Shown here: positions 56,585 to 64,000 of the stretch, piece after piece
How positions within the stretch are numbered: position 1 is the first letter of the stretch
Layout of the letters: the number at the start of each line of letters is the position of its first letter
DNA from: Candidatus Aminicenantes bacterium
Lineage (GTDB): Bacteria > Acidobacteriota > Aminicenantia > Aminicenantales > Aminicenantaceae
Direction of reading: 5' to 3'
Length of the DNA stretch: 64,000 nucleotides
Assembly (NCBI GenBank): GCA_011772475.1
Contig: WVZK01000086.1
Span: forward strand, 4,406 to 68,405
Notes under the pieces: generated by a model
Database searches by the model: none
What the model was told of the DNA's origin: nothing
What the model saw: the letters and a program-made list of their open reading frames with translations, nothing else
Program-made: the position numbers and the translations under genes

Positions 56585-56878
56585 ATGTTTGCCCGTTTAC
56601 TCAGACTTCAAATCAAAATCAATCGGATAGATGAAGCCACAAAGCTCTTTGAGGAGAGCGTTATTCCGTTGTGCAAAGATAAGAAGGGTTATAAGGGAGC
56701 CTATTTCCTGACCGACCGTAAAACAGGTACAAGCATTCCTATAACCTTATGGCAAAGTGAAAAGGATATGCTTGCTACTGAAAGCAGCCATTTTTTCCAG
56801 GAACAGTTGGTCAAGTTCGTGAGATTTTTCAAAGGACCTCCTATTCGCGAAACCTACGAAGTGATCGTCCACGATTAA
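56585..56878 (+). CDS. ABM/dimeric alpha-beta barrel-like small protein (paralogue of 24276..24569)
   Basis: 97 aa; FEESVIPLCKDKKGYKGAYFLTDRKTGTSIPITLWQSEKDMLATESSHFFQEQLVKFVRFFKGPPIRETYEVIV. Confidence 0.7.
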   Translation: MFARLLRLQIKINRIDEATKLFEESVIPLCKDKKGYKGAYFLTDRKTGTSIPITLWQSEKDMLATESSHFFQEQLVKFVRFFKGPPIRETYEVIVHD

Positions 56879-56954
56879 ATGAAAGTGCGTTTATTTCTCT
56901 TCTTGGTTTCCGTCGGCTGAGTTATTCGGCTAAAAGTTTCCAATCGGCCTACCC

Positions 56955-57725
56955 TCATTTATCTTGAGACTGCTCTATAATAAATTCTGAAATCATATCC
57001 AGCATCTTTTCAAAGTGTGACGCCTCAGAGTATGTATGGTCTGCACCTTCAATTATTTCCAGACGGCAATTCTGGATTAAGCTTGCCGTCTTTTTACTCT
57101 GTTCGATAGGTACAGTCTCATCTTCATCTCCGTGAACAATCAACGCGGGAATCTTGATATTTTGGGCAGCCTCGTATGCCTTAACTTTTTCAGCTTCTTC
57201 ATAAAAAGAGTATTTTAATTTACGAGCTTCATCATCCACTCCGGTGACGTCGATGATTCCCTTTTCTTTCCAGTTCTTGATATCTTTTTCATCCACTCGA
57301 GAATGTATAAGGGCCGTATAATCTGATACCGGCGATTTTAGAGCCAGAACATACAGAGCATTTGATTTTGAGGCAGCTAGTATACTAGCCATCCCGCCAA
57401 AACTTGAACCGATAAGTCCAATTTTCTTGTAGTCTGATTCCTTCAGAAGCTTAATGGCGTTCTGGATATCGTCAACAGCTTCAAAAGTAGTTATCTCTTC
57501 GAATTTCCCTTCGCTTTCACCGTGCCCGAAAAAATCAAACCTAAAAGTGGAAATCCCTTTGTCATTCAGAATATCCTCCAGGCGTACATAGGTGCGGCCT
57601 TCCTTACTTGTGGAGAAACCATGACACAGAATTATAATCGGCTTTTCTTTCTGAGATGTGGGATTAGATAATATCCCACAAAGCTTGTCTCCTTTGCTGT
57701 TTTTAAAGTAAACCTTTTCTTTCAC
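56955..57725 (-). CDS. Alpha/beta hydrolase
   Basis: IILCHGFSTSKEG, FDFFGHGESEG, IGLIGSSFGGMAS, LIVHGDEDETVP, GADHTY. Confidence 0.92.
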   Translation of the reverse strand: MKEKVYFKNSKGDKLCGILSNPTSQKEKPIIILCHGFSTSKEGRTYVRLEDILNDKGISTFRFDFFGHGESEGKFEEITTFEAVDDIQNAIKLLKESDYKKIGLIGSSFGGMASILAASKSNALYVLALKSPVSDYTALIHSRVDEKDIKNWKEKGIIDVTGVDDEARKLKYSFYEEAEKVKAYEAAQNIKIPALIVHGDEDETVPIEQSKKTASLIQNCRLEIIEGADHTYSEASHFEKMLDMISEFIIEQSQDK

Positions 57726-57800
57726 GGGCGAGGTTGATCTCCAATATAACAGAATTATAGATTATACAGAATAATGAAGAGAATACCAGATGCACATAAA

Positions 57801-57875
57801 AATGGGAGCAAAAAATGGGGCCACAAAAAATGGGGCCAGGCCCCAATAAAAATAAATGGGGCCTGGCCCCATTTT
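57801..57875. repeat. GGGGCC palindromic intergenic element, copy 3 (compound)
   Basis: aaaaaatggggccacaaaaaatggggccaggccccaataaaaataaatggggcctggccccatttt. Confidence 0.8.
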
Positions 57876-57938
57876 CTACCATTTTTTTTACAGCTGATAA
57901 GGCTGAAAAAATTAATAATAGGGAAGGGATTTAAGCTC

Positions 57939-59612
57939 CTATTTTTTCTTTGCCGCCTCCATATCCGCATCTCTTTTTGCCTTGAATTCAGTTCCTTCTT
58001 TCCAGTTGGGAAATGTAGATTCCATGCTTAGCTTATAACCAACTCTGAAAAGTAGGCGAAGATCATCGATAGCACCCGAAAGGTCCCAGTTCGGGTTAAA
58101 CTCATCAGATGGTTTATGGTAATTTTCTGCTGTATATTTTTCCTTTCTGGCCAGAGTCCAATCTTCACCGTGTTCAACATGGTCAATGCCAGAACTTGTA
58201 TAAAGAGCAGGTATACCTTGTTTGGCAAACGGAAAATGATCTGAGCGGTAAAAAGAACCTTTTTCTGGCGTCGGATTCGGTCGAACTCTGCGTCCTTGCT
58301 CTTTAGCGGCAGCTTTAACATAATCGTCTAGCTCAGAGTTTCCGTAGCCAATAATTGTGATATCTTTCATCTTGCCATAAATATTGAGAGCATCCATATT
58401 GATAGCAGCTGCGGTTTTAGCTGTGGGGCAGACAGGATGAGTGGCATAGTATTGCGAGCCGAGAAGTCCCTGTTCCTCCGCGGTGGTTGCGAGAAAAATT
58501 ATCGACCGGGAGGGGAGTGATTCGAGCATCTTGAAAGCTTCTGCCAATTCGATAAGCGCAGCTGTCCCAGTAGCGTTGTCAAGCGCGCCGTTGAAAATTT
58601 GGTCTCCTTCAAGTGTTGAATCAATGCCAAAATGGTCCCAATGTGCCATATAGATGATGCATTCGTCAGCTCGATCTGCTCCGGGGAGAAGCGCTATCAC
58701 GTTATTTGACTTCGATTGCCTTAGACTGTTTATTAGAGTGACCGATGCCTTCAAGCCGAGAGGGATGGATTTAAATCCGCGCTTGGCTGCAGCAGGTTTT
58801 ATCTCGTCATAATCCAGGCCGGCGCTCTCAAAGATTTTGTGCGCAGTTTCAATCGTTACCCAGCCCTCAACAGCACAGCGGGATAAGTTTTTATCCTCGC
58901 TTATCAAGTAGAATTGGGGCCCAGTCCAGCCATTCTTAACGACTCCCCATGGATAAGCAGCGGGTTCGGTCTCGTGTATGATAAATACACCGGCGGCACC
59001 CTGCCGGGCAGCTTCTTCGAACTTATAAGTCCAGCGTCCGTAGTACGTCATGGCTCGACCTTTAAAAAATTCAGGATCTTTTGTAGCAAATCCAGGGTCG
59101 TTGACCAGCATCACAACAGTTTTACCACGCACATCAAGACCCTCATAATCATTCCAATCGTATTCAGGTGCAACTATGCCGTAGCCAACAAAGATCATTT
59201 CGGAATCATCCAGCGAAACCTTCTCTACGACTCGAAGTGTAACTCCCACAAATTCGTCGCCATAAGCAAAATGCATCGATTTTTTATCGCTTTTTATTTC
59301 GAGCTTAGTCACAGGGTCTGCAGTTATTTCCACCATCGGAAGCTCTTGGAAGAAACTCTCGCCGTTTCCTGGCTTTAAACCGACTTTTAGAAATTCCTCT
59401 TTTAAGAAGTTTATAGTCTTTTCCTCTCCCTTTGAATCTGGCGATCGCCCTTCAAATTCATCTGAAGAGAGGATTTCCACGTCCCTTGATAACTCCTCTG
59501 CTGTAATGCTCTCCAATGCTGCTTTCAATTCTTGATCTTTTTTTGCACATCCAAAAAAGAATAGAGCCAATAAGACCAGGGGGATTGCCGTCGAAAAGTA
59601 TTTTTTATTCAT
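57939..59612 (-). CDS. M28 family metallopeptidase, lipoprotein
   Basis: FFFGCAKK lipobox; AHWDHFGID, ALDNATGTAALIELAEAF, FLATTAEEQGLLGSQYYA, SDHFPFAKQGIPALYTSSGIDH. Confidence 0.93.
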   Translation of the reverse strand: MNKKYFSTAIPLVLLALFFFGCAKKDQELKAALESITAEELSRDVEILSSDEFEGRSPDSKGEEKTINFLKEEFLKVGLKPGNGESFFQELPMVEITADPVTKLEIKSDKKSMHFAYGDEFVGVTLRVVEKVSLDDSEMIFVGYGIVAPEYDWNDYEGLDVRGKTVVMLVNDPGFATKDPEFFKGRAMTYYGRWTYKFEEAARQGAAGVFIIHETEPAAYPWGVVKNGWTGPQFYLISEDKNLSRCAVEGWVTIETAHKIFESAGLDYDEIKPAAAKRGFKSIPLGLKASVTLINSLRQSKSNNVIALLPGADRADECIIYMAHWDHFGIDSTLEGDQIFNGALDNATGTAALIELAEAFKMLESLPSRSIIFLATTAEEQGLLGSQYYATHPVCPTAKTAAAINMDALNIYGKMKDITIIGYGNSELDDYVKAAAKEQGRRVRPNPTPEKGSFYRSDHFPFAKQGIPALYTSSGIDHVEHGEDWTLARKEKYTAENYHKPSDEFNPNWDLSGAIDDLRLLFRVGYKLSMESTFPNWKEGTEFKAKRDADMEAAKKK

Positions 59613-59646
59613 TGATTATCCTCCATGAAATATTTATTTTCATATT

Positions 59647-59764
59647 GTAGGGGCTTGATTCATCAAGTCCACCTTATATATTTGTTTTTTTTCAAAATGT
59701 GGGTTTGATAAATCAAACCCCTACTCAACCTGAATCAAGCTCTTATGCATGAATCAAGCCTCTA
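59647..59764. repeat. GTAGGGG-family copies in both orientations
   Basis: direct gtaggggcttgattcatcaagtcc at 59647; inverted gggtttgataaatcaaacccctac at 59701; inverted partial near 59748. Confidence 0.8.
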
Positions 59765-60009
59765 CAAGAAATAATTCGAACGCCTCACATGTATTAAGCA
59801 TTATCTTTGCGCTGCGAATAACATTTAGTTTTTATACTATTCTTAATTTAAAAATCAAATGATTTTCAACGGGAGTTCGGATATATAAAGAAAACTACTT
59901 CCTGGTTGCTGACAACTAAATAATTGGCGTGAGCTAAGAAAACAGTAAAATGAAAAAAAGTTCTTTTCTCTAAGAGCATTTTGGTATAATGATTTTTAGG
60001 AGAGACACG

Positions 60010-60630
60010 ATGCTTAGAAAAAGTTTGTTGATTTATATCTTATTCATGTTTATCGCCTGTGGCCCTAAAGTGCTGGTTCCTCCCGAGATCGACTTATTGC
60101 CTTATGAAAAAGTTGGATTAATTTCCTTTTCAGTCGAAAATGCTGAAGGGCAGCTGGATGAGATGGCAACACAGCGTTTTTTGCAGGAAATTACCAGATT
60201 TCAAAGAGGGGTTCAGGTTATTGAACTCGGCCCCCTTGAGAAAGTCCTGGAAAAGATCAACGAAACAAGCCTGGATCAAGAAGCAAAGAGTGCTATCGGG
60301 GAATATTTTGGTGTGGCATCGTTTTTTCATGGAGAAATTAAAATCTCTGAGGTCAAGCCCGACGTAGACATTGGAGCGCTAATAAAGAGCCTAAGAGTAG
60401 GGGCGAGTTTTAATATTTCAATGACGGCCAGACTTTTTTCAACCGAAACAGGAGCAACCCTGTGGACGGACTCAGTTTTAAGGAAAGAGTCTTTAGCAAA
60501 CATGAGTATTAGTCAAGACCAGATTCCCTATTTTGATGTTAAAGACCAGGATGAGACTCAAAAAAGATTAATTGAATACATGGTCCATGAATTGACCCGG
60601 GACTTCCGCCCAACGAAAAGGCGTCTATAA
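60010..60630 (+). CDS. CsgG/TolB-N-like lipoprotein
   Basis: Preferred start MLRKSLLIYILFMFIACGPK (lipobox); YEKVGLISFSVENAEGQLDEMATQRFLQEI, LEKVLEKI, FHGEIKI. Confidence 0.6.
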   Translation: MLRKSLLIYILFMFIACGPKVLVPPEIDLLPYEKVGLISFSVENAEGQLDEMATQRFLQEITRFQRGVQVIELGPLEKVLEKINETSLDQEAKSAIGEYFGVASFFHGEIKISEVKPDVDIGALIKSLRVGASFNISMTARLFSTETGATLWTDSVLRKESLANMSISQDQIPYFDVKDQDETQKRLIEYMVHELTRDFRPTKRRL

Positions 60631-60660
60631 AAGTTATTTAAGCTTTCAAATTTTAAGCCC

Positions 60661-63435
60661 ATGAAATGTCCTAAATGCAATTACGATAATCCTGAAAGCA
60701 CCAATTTCTGTGGCAATTGCGGAGAGCAGCTTCTTCCGTCCAAGAAAGCCGGAGTGCCTCACACCAAAACTCTCCAAACGCCTCTTAAAGAATTAGCCCG
60801 CGGCGCGGTTTTTGCCGATAGGTACGAGGTTATCGATGAGCTGGGTAAAGGAGGCATGGGCAAAGTCTATAGGGTGTTCGATAAGACGATAAAAGAAGAG
60901 GTCGCCTTAAAACTCATAAATCCAGAAATTGCTAAAGCAGAGAGGACGATAGAGCGTTTCAGTAATGAACTTAAACTTGCCCGCAAGATAGCTCACAGGA
61001 ATGTCTGTCGCATGTTTGACCTTGGTGAAGAAGAAGGAACTCATTACATAACCATGGAATATATTCCTGGGAAAAGCTTGAAGAGCGTGATCGGGATGAT
61101 GGGACAGTTGAGCCCAGCTCAAGTTGTTTTCCTGGCTAAACAAGTTTGTGAGGGATTGGACGAGGCACACAGGTTAGGGGTTGTGCATCGGGATTTGAAG
61201 CCGAGCAACATCATAATCGATAAAGAGGGGAATACTCGCATCATGGATTTTGGCATAGCTCGGTCGATTAAAGAAAAAGGAATAACTGGCGCTGGAGTTA
61301 TGGTCGGAACCCCGGAGTACATGTCACCTGAGCAAGTGGGAGCAGAAGAAGTTGATAGAAGATCTGACATCTATTCGTTGGGAGTCATCATGTACGAGAT
61401 GACAACAGGAAAGCTTCCTTTTGAAGGGGAGACAGCTTTGAGTATTGCCTTGAAGCATAAGACAGAAAAACCTCTTAGCCCCAAGCAGTTCAATTCTCAG
61501 ATCCCAGAAGATTTGGACCGAGTGATCATGAAATGCATAGCGAAGAATAAAGAGAAGAGATATCAGGAGACAAAGGAGCTCCTTGCGGAATTAAGCAAGA
61601 TAAAAGAGGGGATTACTACAGGAGAGAGGATTATCCCCAAGAGAAAGCCGACCACTTCAAAGAAGATAAAAGAGACGTTCAGGCTGCGTTGGATGCTGAT
61701 TGCCGCTGTGTTAATGGCAGTCGTTGCAGCAGGACTTGCTATTTTATATTTCGTAAGCAGAATAACTGCACCTCCTCCTGGGGAAAAGATGCTTGTCGTT
61801 CTGCCGTTTAAGAATCTTGGTCCCCCAGGAGATGAGTATTTCGCCGACGGAATAACAGAGGAAATTACCAGTCGTCTTGCCTCCTTGCAGGGGCTCGGAG
61901 TAATCTCTCGGACAAGCGCAATCCAGTATAAAAATACAGATAAGACAATAAGGCAAATAGGGGATGAATTGGGCATTGATTATGCGCTTGAGGGATCTGT
62001 GCGTTGGGATAGGAGTGCTGGAGGCAAAGGACGAGTGCGGGTAACTCCTCAACTTATCAGGGCTTCCGATGACGCTCACCTCTGGTCAGAGCGTTATGAC
62101 AGGGTATTAGAAGACATATTTTCGGTCCAATCTGAAATTGCAGAGCAAGTCGCCCAGCAATTAGACCTCACGGTGTTGGAACCTGAACGCAGGGCTTTAA
62201 ATGCTGGACCCACTGATAATCTTGAAGCTTATGACTATTATTTGCGCGGATTAGAGCACGAAAGTAGAGGCTGGGCACGCTTGGATAATCAAGAATTTGT
62301 ACAAGCAGTCGAGATGCTTGAAAAAGCGACTGAATTAGATCCTGAATTTGTACTGGCTTATGTCAGGATATCTCGTATCCATTCTAGGATGTATCATTTT
62401 GGCATAGGCCGCACCGAAGAACGCCTGGAAAAATCAAGGGCTGCAGTGGACAGAGCGCTGGAGCTCCAGCCTGATCTGCCCGAAGCGCAACAGGCCCTTG
62501 CGGTTTACTACTACAGGGGATTTCTTGACTATGACCGCGCAGCCGAAATATTTGAATCCCTCCAAAAAGCGCGACCTAACGTCTCACCGTCAATACTCGG
62601 CTACATCCAGAGACGAAAGGGTATGTGGGAGCGGTCGTTGGTAACGCTTGAAAGGGCATTCAGGCTCAACCCGCGTAACCCGCAATTAGCTTATGAGACA
62701 GGATTATCATACATAAGCATGCGCAGATATGATGAAGCTGCAGAGTGGTTCCACCGTGTCCTCTCGATTAATCCAGATCATTTTACAGCTCAACTGGGCA
62801 TCGTTGCAATCCATCTACTCTCAGAAGGAAATATAAAAGAAACGAAAGCCTTGTTGGAAGCCTTGCCCCAGCACCAGCTAAAAGATTACATGCGGTTCAC
62901 TCTTGGCATGCTTGAGCGAAACTTCCAGGAGGTGCTGGACCAACTTGCCTCCTTATCTTATGATTCTTTCGAGGGACAACAATTCTATTTCTTAAAAAAC
63001 CTGACTTACGCTTCAGTGTATCATGCTATGAAAGAGCTTTCGCTTGTGAAGAGCAGGGCTGAGTTAGCGCGCATTGCGCTTGAGAGGGCTGTTAAAGATC
63101 ATCCGGGAGATCCGAGATTCCACGCTTCACTTGGTCTTGCTTATGCTTACTTGGGCCAGAAGAGTGAAGCCATCCAAGAAGGAAATCGTGCAACAGAGCT
63201 TAATCCAGTATCAAAAGATGCTGCCCTTGGTCCTCCTTACATCCTGAATTTAGCCAGGATTTATGTTTTGGTTGGCGAACATGAGGAGGCTCTTAATCTG
63301 ATAGAGTATCTGCTATCTATTCCATCCTCTGAATTTATTTGGCAATTTGTATCTGTTCCGTTACTGCGCCTTGACCCACTCTGGGATCCGCTCCGTGAGA
63401 ATCCAAGGTTTCAGAGCTTGCTGGAAAAGGAATAG
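60661..63435 (+). CDS. Serine/threonine protein kinase: zinc ribbon, kinase, TM, TolB-N/adenylate-cyclase-associated domain, TPRs
   Basis: MKCPKCNYDNPESTNFCGNCG; [33 protein letters not shown]; VVLPFKNLGPPGDEYFADGITEEITSRLASLQGLGVISRTSA; TPR C-terminus. Confidence 0.93.
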   Translation: MKCPKCNYDNPESTNFCGNCGEQLLPSKKAGVPHTKTLQTPLKELARGAVFADRYEVIDELGKGGMGKVYRVFDKTIKEEVALKLINPEIAKAERTIERFSNELKLARKIAHRNVCRMFDLGEEEGTHYITMEYIPGKSLKSVIGMMGQLSPAQVVFLAKQVCEGLDEAHRLGVVHRDLKPSNIIIDKEGNTRIMDFGIARSIKEKGITGAGVMVGTPEYMSPEQVGAEEVDRRSDIYSLGVIMYEMTTGKLPFEGETALSIALKHKTEKPLSPKQFNSQIPEDLDRVIMKCIAKNKEKRYQETKELLAELSKIKEGITTGERIIPKRKPTTSKKIKETFRLRWMLIAAVLMAVVAAGLAILYFVSRITAPPPGEKMLVVLPFKNLGPPGDEYFADGITEEITSRLASLQGLGVISRTSAIQYKNTDKTIRQIGDELGIDYALEGSVRWDRSAGGKGRVRVTPQLIRASDDAHLWSERYDRVLEDIFSVQSEIAEQVAQQLDLTVLEPERRALNAGPTDNLEAYDYYLRGLEHESRGWARLDNQEFVQAVEMLEKATELDPEFVLAYVRISRIHSRMYHFGIGRTEERLEKSRAAVDRALELQPDLPEAQQALAVYYYRGFLDYDRAAEIFESLQKARPNVSPSILGYIQRRKGMWERSLVTLERAFRLNPRNPQLAYETGLSYISMRRYDEAAEWFHRVLSINPDHFTAQLGIVAIHLLSEGNIKETKALLEALPQHQLKDYMRFTLGMLERNFQEVLDQLASLSYDSFEGQQFYFLKNLTYASVYHAMKELSLVKSRAELARIALERAVKDHPGDPRFHASLGLAYAYLGQKSEAIQEGNRATELNPVSKDAALGPPYILNLARIYVLVGEHEEALNLIEYLLSIPSSEFIWQFVSVPLLRLDPLWDPLRENPRFQSLLEKE

Positions 63436-63459
63436 AATAATTGATATTATAAGGGCAAT

Positions 63460-63840
63460 ATGATGGATAAGTTAGGTTATATTAGATTATTTATTGTTTT
63501 TATCTATGCTTTTATAGGATGGACGCTTTGTGGAGCTGTTATGTTTATCGGAATGGCAGTTACGACTGAATTTGTTACACTGATAATTCATGCTATCGCC
63601 GCTCCTATCATTTTTGTCGTAGTAACTTCATTTTACTTCAAAAAATACGATTTCACTACTCCACTGGAGACCGCAGCTTTATTCGTTGCTTTTGTTATAC
63701 TCATGGACTTTTTCATTGTTGCTCTCATCATTAATAGAAGCCTTGCCATGTTTGGAAATGTTTTAGGAACCTGGATTCCGTTCATCCTAATCTTTATCGC
63801 AACCTACTACACGGGCCGACACGAAGAAAAAAAAGACTAA
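63460..63840 (+). CDS. Four-TM hypothetical membrane protein
   Basis: 126 aa, four hydrophobic segments. Confidence 0.6.
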   Translation: MMDKLGYIRLFIVFIYAFIGWTLCGAVMFIGMAVTTEFVTLIIHAIAAPIIFVVVTSFYFKKYDFTTPLETAALFVAFVILMDFFIVALIINRSLAMFGNVLGTWIPFILIFIATYYTGRHEEKKD

Positions 63841-63859
63841 GTCGCCTATTGGAGAGAAA

Positions 63860-64000
63860 ATGAAAAGAGTCATTTTAGCAGGAATATTTCTTTTCGTTTT
63901 TTGCGCTTCCCTAACCCTCAATGCCCAGTGGGCAAGAACCTACGGAGGGAGTGACTTTGATCGAGCTTTTTTTATCCAGCAGACAAGCGACGGAGGTTAT
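63860..64000 (+). CDS. Secreted protein with YGGSxxDxAxxIQQTxDGGY repeat start, truncated by the window edge
   Basis: MKRVILAGIFLFVFCASLTLNAQWARTYGGSDFDRAFFIQQTSDGGY...; ggaga SD. Confidence 0.7.
   Translation, partial: MKRVILAGIFLFVFCASLTLNAQWARTYGGSDFDRAFFIQQTSDGGY

Noticed and set aside
57755-58031. ORFs 57755..57970 (-) and 57774..58031 (+) with WGQAPIFIGAWPHF-like repeats
   Set aside because: Reading frames through the GGGGCC palindromic element; internal repeats are DNA-derived.
1-64000. Search for a defence island, prophage, integrase, toxin-antitoxin pair, rRNA or tRNA
   Set aside because: No recognisable integrase, transposase, nuclease/effector pair, rRNA or tRNA sequence was found; AlkD-like and RRM proteins alone do not indicate a defence system.

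Overview
This looks like an ordinary-core bacterial chromosome segment. The gene content and intergenic repeats suggest a Candidatus Aminicenantes / Acidobacteria-like genome, but that is inference and no marker gene was checked. I see no rRNA, tRNA, CRISPR array or transposase. The window holds about 45 supportable CDSs. Many are secreted or periplasmic peptidases: three S9 peptidases, gamma-glutamyltransferase, M14, M28, two tandem C69 dipeptidases, an AstE/AspA-like M14 relative and HtrA. Other genes include two Zn-ribbon/Ser-Thr-kinase/TPR sensors, TrkH/TrkA, Na/Pi cotransporter plus PhoU, a MacA-like adaptor with a fused double FtsX permease, TspO, a cold-shock protein, DUF350 plus a transglutaminase-like protein, an LVIVD beta-propeller, RRM, AlkD-like, APC permease and DUF362 proteins. 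Reading beyond the ORF track added: a partial DUF3943-like CDS running off the left edge; a 51-aa membrane protein in a permease/desuccinylase cassette; an orphan 32-aa zinc-ribbon ORF; a possible 49-aa secreted peptide; and a partial CDS at the right edge. The most interesting signals are (i) two paralogous small secreted peptides with a twin C-X6-C pattern next to a 6-bladed beta-propeller protein, (ii) a dispersed intergenic hairpin family (GTAGGGGTTTGATTCATCAAACCC) whose arms covary, in one place nested inside a second inverted-repeat family, (iii) a third palindromic family (ATGGGGCCAGGCCCCAT), and (iv) an identical 28-bp TTGACA-N17-TAT promoter-like block at two sites 41 kb apart.
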